Assembly: GCF_001194135.2 (NCBI RefSeq)
Contig: NC_068981.1
Location: forward strand, 89,353,348 to 89,397,737
Length of the DNA: 44,390 nt
DNA from: Octopus bimaculoides
Taxonomy: Eukaryota
Direction of reading: 5' to 3'
Shown here: in pieces, positions 36,611 through 44,390 of the stretch
How the letters are laid out: the number at the start of each line of letters is the position of its first letter
Position numbering within the stretch: position 1 is the first letter of the stretch
The notes under the pieces: generated by a model
Told to the model about the DNA's origin: nothing
The model's database searches: none
Seen by the model: only the letters and a program-made list of their open reading frames with translations
Translations under genes and position numbers: made by a program

Positions 36611-37597
36611 GGGATCCGGACAAAAGCATCCTAGGACAAATGCCCCCTAGGACAAAAGCCCCACGGTTATATTTTTCGGTTAGTTTTTCGTTTTTAGAAT
36701 TTTTAGTTGAATGTATCGAACCCCAATTTTTTTTTCACATTGTTGCAGTTATTAGACTGCGGCCGGCCATGCTGGGACACCACCTTGAAGGATTTTTATA
36801 TGACTGTATGGAACACAAAATTTTCTTTTTAAGCTTGATCAAGACCACTTTTGTAATATAATTCATTTTTGTTTTTGTTTTTACTTGTTGCAGTCATTTG
36901 TTTGCAGCCATGCTGGGGCACCATTTGGAGGAACTTTCAGTCGATTGTATCGACGCCAGAACTTTCTTATATTATTTTCAACCAGCGCATGAAGTTAAGC
37001 CTAGGTCTCTCGACATGCTAGAAATAACAGCCAAATCTCTTGAGAGTTTTTTATAAACCCCTCCCCCCTTGATTATATTTTTGGGTTATTCTTCGTTTTT
37101 TCCATTTTCTAAAAATCTTTTTACTTGTTTCAGTCACTGGACTGCGGCCATGCTGGGACACTGCCTTAAAGAAGTTTTAGACGAATATATCGACCCAGAA
37201 TCTTTTTTAGGTGACTTTTAATCAGTACATAAAGTTAAACCAAGAAGATCAGTCCACATGCTAGACATAACAGCCAAATTTTACAATTTCTTTTTATTTT
37301 ATAATTTCACGTAAACAAAAACAGAAATAGTGGTTGTAAACAAAAGAAAATTATTATTATTAATTCTGGCGTCGTTACATTCGACTAAAAATTCTTCAAG
37401 GCGGTGACCCAGCATGGCCTCAGTTTAATGACTGAAACAAGTAAAAGGTGAAAAGACGAAAAAATAATCGAAAAATATAACCCTGGGGCTTTTGTCCACT
37501 TTCACATTTTAACTATGGGGCATTTGTCCGTGGCACTTTTGTCCGTGGCACTTTTGTCCGTGGCGCTTTTGTCCTAGGGAGCTTTTGTCCTACATTC
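36611..37597. mobile_element. Non-autonomous Mutator-like element (987 bp) with subterminal GGACAAA(A/T)G repeats and a 9-bp TSD
   Basis: TSD CATTTATAT at 36602-36610 and 37598-37606. Three GGACAAA(A/T)G motifs on the left and six inverted ones on the right. The inner TIR match is GCCCCA(C/G)GGTTATATTTTTCG. The interior holds four SINE-B tails. Confidence 0.82.
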
Positions 37598-38338
37598 CAT
37601 TTATATACCACCTCGTTTCTTCATTCAACTTTCATACTAATCTTTCAAATTCCTTCTATTTCGTTTATTTCCTCACTCGCTTTTTCACCCAATACATTCA
37701 AAGCTTGACAGAGTCAGAATGTAGTTAGTATCTTTTGGAATGTTATCTTATTTAACATAATTGTCCGGCTTCTATAACTTAGGTGCAGCATATAATTTCT
37801 TACATATTGATTTTAATACAGTATGTTAGAAGAAGTTGAAGATGATGATGAAGAAGACGAAGAAGAAAAAATAATAATAAAAACATTCGTGTTTGTGCTG
37901 TTTAATAGACATTAACCGACTGTTAAGGAATCAAATAGATATTTACAAAACGCAGCTGAAACACGCGATCAGAATTACTTGGTACCTACTGATGATCAAT
38001 CACACACCTAACTCTATTGGCAGAGTAGCAAAAATATTGCAGTCTGGAACATGTATAGCATTCACAATGTGTATGTTAGTTGGTATGTGTGTGTGCCTAT
38101 ATATGTATATATGAAATACACGTTTTAGTACACAAAACTCTTATGCTTCAGATGTTCACATTGGCATACTTTCAATGGCTTCAATCATATTCACAGAAAG
38201 CTAAAGAATGCAGATGAACAAAAAAGAAATGTCACATACTAATGCGCAGCAACATAAGCACGCACAAATTCCAAATAGCCCAGAAATATTTGTAGGCATA
38301 CATGCTCTCCCTCACACACACGCACACGCACACGCACG

Positions 38339-38409
<71 letters not shown>

Positions 38410-38447
38410 CAATATTATAGTATTTTATATTATATTATATCGTTTAT

Positions 38448-38658
38448 CTTTTATCTTTTACCTGTTTCAGTCTTTAGACTGCGGCCATGCTGGGGTATCA
38501 CTTTGAAGTATTTTAGCCAAATGAATCGATCCCAAGATAATTTTTTAGACCTCTCATTCTTCTCTCGGTTTCTTTTGCCAAACCGTTAAGTTACAGGTAT
38601 GCAAACACATCAATAACGATTGTGATGTGGTGGTGGGAAATAAACAGAGACAAAGACA

Positions 38659-38660
<2 letters not shown>
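38448..38660 (-). mobile_element. SINE family B tail half
   Basis: CCTGTTTCAGTCTTTAGACTGCGGCCATGCTGGGG...TTTTGCCAAACCGTTAAGTTAC, running into (CA)n. Confidence 0.75.
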
Positions 38661-38709
<49 letters not shown>

Positions 38710-38732
38710 ACACAACGTACACACACGTACAT

Positions 38733-40034
38733 ATAAACGGGGTACAATGGGTACATTTTTGCCATGTTATTTTTAATTTAGTGCATGCGCATCGTTTGCT
38801 TTTCATTTTATCGACTACACAGTATAGTACGGTCAGTTGGTCACCGTCAGTGAGAAAAGCAACACCACGAAGCAAGTCACTCTGCCAGAAAATTGGCAAC
38901 AACATGCTGTACTGCTTGGCATTCGCGCCGGAAGCTCCAATATGAACATTTCAGAGTTGTGGGGTGTCAATTTGAGGACAGAGCAGAGGTTTCGGTCCGA
39001 GTTTGATTAGTCTAATTGTAATTAGCAAGGTACGGCAGCTCAGAAAACTCAACCTGATCGTGCTGATAAAAAAGAACTCCTGAATTTGTTAGTGAGATCC
39101 AGGACATGATTGACAACGATCCCGACAAGTCAATCAAGTCCTTCCCCAGGGACATGGGAGTGTATGAGATTCTTATCAGACAGATAGTGCATAAAGACAT
39201 TCGGTATACTCCTCCTACAAGATGAGAAAAGGTCAGTTTTATCCCAAGCCATCAAGAGCAAGAAGACAAACCGCACTACGAAGCCTTTAAACAAACTCAA
39301 GCATCCCCTCCAACCGCACATACTTTGGTTTTTCTCAGACGAGAAAAAATTCTCCCAGGATCAGATGGTGAATACGAAGAGCGACCGTTGACTTGCCGTG
39401 CCCCCAAAACATGTGCCGTGACTGATAATTATCAAACATCCAGTCAAATCATGGTGTTTGTGGTGAACACTAGTGATGGCGACGTTATGCCTCTATTTAT
39501 CTTCCCACACGGCCTCACTCAACACAGAGGCCTATATCAAGTACCTGGAGGAGTAAGTGCTACCGTGGGTCAAAAGAGTGACTGCTGGAAGACCTTATGT
39601 CTAACAGAACTTTGCACCATGCCACACATGCAAGAGAAGCCAGTCATGGCTGTCAGACAATTTCCATGACCACATCTCCCCTAACATCTGGCCACCTAAC
39701 TTCTCTGACTGCAACCCCGGTTGATTATTATGTTTGTGGCGCAGTTGAGCGCGAGAGCAACAGAACTCCTGGCAACACTAACAACGAACTGAGGGCAAGG
39801 ATTATGACAACATTCACCAACTAAAAACAAGGAGGTCACCCAGAAGAGTATCAGGAGAGTCTGAAGTCGTCTGGAGGCCATGACTGAAGCCAATGGCGAT
39901 TTTATTGAACACCCTTACTCTCTAATATTTCAATATATTTTTATATAATTTCGGTAAGTATATCTGTTGAAATGAGATGGCAGTGTTATTTTCATTTTTG
40001 CGTAATTTAAGCCACAGTTTATTCACCGCACCCT
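38733..40034 (+). mobile_element. Near full-length, disabled DD37D (maT-type) transposon
   Basis: WFFSDEKKF, IMVF..TSDGDVMPLFIFPHGL, QNFAPCH...WPPNFSDCNP.DYY. There are 37 residues between catalytic positions 2 and 3. Right TIR TTATTCACCGCACCCT. Multiple stops and frameshifts; the left end is degenerate. Confidence 0.9.
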
Positions 40035-43019
40035 ATTTTTACACATCCTGGCAGCAACACTGAAGTTGGAAGCAGGATGTGAATCTAATTCTACACTTCA
40101 TCACATCCAAGACTATAAACACGTTTTTAAGCACAACACATGCTGAGTCAGAAAGAAACACTACATTTCACCAGCACACCGGGATCGGCACTGCGTGAAA
40201 AATAGTACTCTTTCCCTCTAGCGGGAAGTTTCCTATCTCGGACGTGTGAGCAGGCGCACTACAGCCAAACACCGCGTCGCTGGAACTGTGAAGCGCACAG
40301 TTCTATACGAAGATTTTTACATTTTTTTTAATAAACTAGCAGATGGCTACTGACACTAAGCTCAAGAATTTATATACTGTACAAGTATAAAGGAAGAATT
40401 AAAGAAAAAAAAGGACTCATTATATTGAATGTAATCGATAATATCCAGTGGAAATAGCGGATGCTGCTGTTCCGCGGGGCCTATAAACGAGCCGCTACTG
40501 GTTATACCAATACCACTTTCAGTCGCTTGACTGAGTCCACGAGGCATTGTCTTCAAGCGTTTTAAATCGATGCTTTCGAGTCCCGTCTATATTTCATGTT
40601 CCTATGTAGTTTATGGAAATCTGATTGACGTAACGTTGTTTTATTATACATAAAGAGACAGGAAGACGCACCTATATATGTGTGTGGGTGATTGGGTTTT
40701 TGCAATTTCCGGTTACTGAGCTCTCCTGTTAATGTAGTCGTCAAAATGACGAGCACTTGAATTGAAACCGGAATCATCACAATCTGAATCGAACATCAGA
40801 ACCGCGCTACAATACAGCCATGCATATGTCTATATGTGTGCATTTGCGTGTGTGAGCGTATGAGTGTGCACGCGCGTGTATGTGTATAAGTGTGTATGTA
40901 TTTTTGAGTACATATATGTGTGTGTATGTGTATGTATGTGTGTTAGCATGTAAGTGTGTATGTGTGTGTGTGTGTGTGTTTATATTTGTGTGCATGTCTG
41001 AATACAAGCTAAATTTCATTTATAGTAGCATCGAGTAATCCAGTGTGAATATCGGAGAGAGAGAGAGGGGGGGGGGAGATAGAAAGCGAAAGAGAGTGAG
41101 AGATAGTGAGAAAAGAGATAAAGAGAGAGGAGGATGGAGAGAAAGAGCTAGAGAAAGAGTGAGTGAGAGACAGAAAAGTGTGACGAGATAAAACGAATAA
41201 GGAAAATATAGACTGAAGAAAGACATAGAGATTGGGAGAGGAGTATGCATAGATGTAAAGAACGATTTGCACCATTCACGATATTCTGCTTCAATGGTTT
41301 AAAATTTAAGTGATCTATTTTAATTGCATACCTTGTTTTGTATGCATTATTTGCGTCGTAGGTTGCTAACTTTGAAACACGCTATCGTGGACAATACCAG
41401 TTTCTTCTTCGGAGTATCTGATTTGATATTTATGTTCTCTTCTTATTTCTTTCATTGCGTCGTAATTATATCTACGTTTCAGTCAAGGAGAAAGTTCGAA
41501 GATTTATATTTGATTCTGTGTTTTGACTATCACAAATTACACGGTAATACGACTCTAGTAATATAATTACTTACAAGAGTGTTTATTTATTCTCCATGAA
41601 CTATACTGTTCTATGCTCTGTGCTAACATTTTTTTTACTTCTTGATGCATCAATTTACTATACATATTACTGCAACTAGCAATAAGATTTGCAATGCACC
41701 TACTGGTGTATTTCTTTTTACCTTGCAGCGCTCAGTTCGGTTCCTTCCTTGGATGTAGCTAGTAAAGAAGAGTTTTTTTTTATGGGGTTGACTTATATGA
41801 CCTACAACCAGGTGCAAACGATATCAACAGAGTAATTTGCCGGGAATTTTTCATGTGTCAAATATTGATTTCTATAGTAGGATGCATGGGCCACTGTTAA
41901 GCCACACTGAACCATTCAATCAATACATCTCTAAGAAGGTACTATAGTTGTGGAAATAGTGCATCTGAGCACTGTAAACAACGTCAGGCGCTCAGATCAA
42001 TTGATTGATATTAGTTCAGATTTTCTTTTAATTATACCTTCCAGAGAGACAGACTAGCCGGGTTTACTTGCCCTAGATAAATTGCATCCAGTTACGTGTA
42101 TTAGAGTGACTGATGCAAAGAAAAGATAAAAACAGAGTGTAGCACAGTATACATGACTAATCAATGACCGAGAATCAAATGGAAAATCTAAAATATTAAG
42201 TTATCCAATTACTACTCGAACGTCACATGTTTATGGACGATGAAAAATATGATAGCGTAACATTAATGTGCATTGGCTTGAACATTTCTGGCCGGTAAGG
42301 ACAAATATATTCATAAAACTAACTAGAAATTACTTGAAATCAAAAGCATACGAATGGCATATAAAATCATTGCTAAAAGAAGCAGCACAAAAAATAATTA
42401 CAATAAAAACAGTATGGTATTCAAAAAGAATGTAAAGTAACTTTTTGAAGTTTTGAATCTAAACTCCTCGCGTCTTCAGAGGGAGATTTACAACTCACCA
42501 TTAACTATAAATATTCACATTCATACTTATTAAATTGCGGCATGTGGAACAGAGTCATGTAATTATTGAATACTTTTCAAGCTGGCATCTGATGCTACAT
42601 ACTAGAGTGTTAAATCTTCATAAGATTTCATTCTCTTGTTACAATCTCTACAAGATATATTATACTAATAAAACACGATAGTTGAAATGTTCTTGTTATA
42701 TAAGATGTATCTGATTCGTCATTCAGACTCATATATATTATTCGTAGAACACCTATGAAACGTATATAATTTTCTTATTGCACATTTTTAATAATCGTAC
42801 TACATTCATATATGATGGCTGCAACTCGATTGCGAGAATGACATTATTGTATTGTTCTGTTAAGTAAGAGCACAGCGGCTGTGGTTTTGCCGTCCTGCAA
42901 AAATGTGGCAACGTTGGGCGTTTTTGGTAGCTGGTATTGAGAGATCCTAACACCCAGAATCATGCCTTTATTCTATCGTGGAATTTTTCAGTGAGTGTTT
43001 TGCCTGTAACGAGCCATAA

Positions 43020-43265
43020 TATGCAATGCATCACGGAAAAGTAAACAGCGATGCCAAAAACCAAGTGAAGCCTATGTTTCATGCTTTGAATGTGAAGAAA
43101 GTCTTCGCGTAAGTGGCTGAGCACTCCACAGACACGTGTACTCTTAATGTAGTTCTCAGAGAGACTCAGATTGCCATAACACAAAATGTGACAAGCCTGA
43201 GCCTTCGAAATTCAAGTTCTGCTCATTTTTATCACTGGAGTGGACTGGAGCAACATGAAATGCGT
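43020..43265 (-). mobile_element. 5'-truncated SINE with the family C central domain
   Basis: AAGTGGCTGAGCACTCCACAGACACGTGTAC...TGTGACAAG matches 10090-10170. Confidence 0.75.
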
Positions 43266-43267
43266 AC

Positions 43268-43505
43268 AAGCGCGTGGCTTCGTGGTTAATGTAGAGCACT
43301 CATAATCGAAAGAATATTGTTTCGCTACCTGGAACGTGTGATGCGTTAAGAACTTGAGCAAAACACTTTATTTCACGTTCCTCCAGTCCATTCAGTTGGC
43401 AAAAATGAGTAATCCTGCAACAGACTAGCGTCCCGTCCTGGGATAAGTACATTTACACCACAGAATCCGCAGAAATGGCCTTATTAACTTACGGCTTGGA
43501 AAGCA
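43268..43505 (+). mobile_element. tRNA-derived SINE family A
   Basis: GCGCGTGGCTTCGTGGTTAA...AAAACACTTTATTTCACGTTCCTCCAGTCCATTCAG...GCGTCCCGTCC matches the reverse complement of 1385-1628. Confidence 0.72.
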
Positions 43506-43724
43506 CATTCAAACCTACATACACGTCTTTCTGAGTGCTCATGTGTGTGGTGTGGGTATGTATATGTATGTACATATTTCTTACTGGATCTGGAAAAAAT
43601 CGCAGTACTCATTGATTTTATTTTAGACGGTAAGGATAGAGCAGTTAAGGATCTGCTATAATCGTTCCATGTGGGCACCCGCGAGAAAGACGCATAGAAG
43701 GATGATATTCTAAAAGCTCGACGC

Positions 43725-43800
43725 TCTGGAAATGTTGCCGAGGTCGAGTTTGACATTCATATTCTCGACATCAATGAAATAAGTACAAGGGTTGAGAAAA
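43725..43800 (-). mobile_element. CORE-SINE core fragment
   Basis: The minus strand GTACTTATTTCATTGATGTCGAGAATATGAATGTCAAACTCGACCTCGGC matches the orientation seen at 33.1-33.7 kb read on plus. It is therefore a short CORE block, and the strand call is tentative. Confidence 0.5.
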
Positions 43801-43904
43801 TCGCCTACACTGTCACCCCAAAATTTTAGGTCTCCTGCCCATAATAGAAAGACTTGTTAAAACCTTCAAATATGGCATTTTAACAGATACGTTAGAGGGC
43901 TTGG

Positions 43905-44083
43905 AAACCGTGGCAGTTTGTGCGGTGTATATTAGCGCTATTTTCCGTATTATATATATATTCGTAAGTCCTGGTATATTGGTTATGTATTTGTCTGTAT
44001 ATTTTTTAATCATATCTAATGCACCTATCATTATAGTGATTGTTTCCGTTTTTAGGCTCCGCATTCGGATTATCTCTGTGTTA
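43905..44083 (-). mobile_element. 3' fragment of an RLE-type (R4/Dong-like) non-LTR retrotransposon ORF
   Basis: RMRSLKTETITIMIGALDMIKKYTDKYITNIPGLTNIYIIRKIALIYTAQ fits the RLE C-terminal pattern W......P.V.GALG.... Confidence 0.7.
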
Positions 44084-44086
44084 TAA

Positions 44087-44355
44087 TTAATAATATCAGG
44101 GTAATAAAAATTATAGAAATTTTTCCTACCAGTGACTTAGCGTGTAGAAAAATTAGGCAATAAACTATATATTTTTCATATAAATACAGTTTGCTAAAAA
44201 AAAGTCAGAAACCATGGTCCACGAGATAGATGGTAAATGTTTTTAATTTTCATTCCCTTCGAAGTTTATCCCTAATAGTGGTTTTGATTTTGGTTGTTCC
44301 TTCTAGCGAGTCAGGAATCCTATGATGGATACCTCTTATGTGTTTAAATGTACAC

Positions 44356-44360
<5 letters not shown>
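44087..44360. mobile_element. Second copy of the hammerhead-bearing repeat: inverted segment (44087-44189) joined to a sense segment (44190-44360)
   Basis: 44190-44360 aligns with 4122-4290. The reverse complement of 44087-44189 aligns with 3818-3921. It ends in (TA)n. Confidence 0.8.

Positions 44361-44390
<30 letters not shown>

Noticed and set aside
41729-41831. Possible internal exon (CCTTGCAG ... GA|GTAATT)
   Set aside because: The splice signals are plausible, but no recognisable peptide or partner exons support it.

Overview
AT-rich animal genomic DNA, most likely an octopus or other coleoid cephalopod. This is inferred from the tRNA-derived/CORE SINE families, RTE LINEs, dense microsatellites and TTAGGG-type repeats; no database search was run. 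The seven N-gaps are almost all flanked by microsatellites, as expected of a short-read assembly. I cannot support any intact host gene, rRNA, true tRNA or CRISPR array, and most ORFs in the supplied track are microsatellite or gap artefacts. The window is a stack of decayed mobile elements: a near full-length RTE LINE, a Helitron remnant, two DD37D (maT) mariner copies, a Mag/K02A2.6-like Ty3/gypsy element, a Chapaev3-type DNA transposon, two non-autonomous foldback elements with 9-bp TSDs and many SINEs. The most notable observations are: (1) a type I minimal hammerhead-ribozyme motif at 4087-4153 inside a ~469-bp repeat unit (Penelope pLTR or retrozyme-like), with a second, partly inverted copy at 44.1-44.4 kb; (2) a zinc-knuckle L1/Tx1-like retroelement inserted into the gypsy 5' LTR with a perfect 33-bp target duplication; (3) a foldback element carrying a telomere-like array; (4) a MULE-like element packed with SINE tails; (5) a 160-bp microhomology-bounded copy of decayed transposase sequence from 5.4 kb away.
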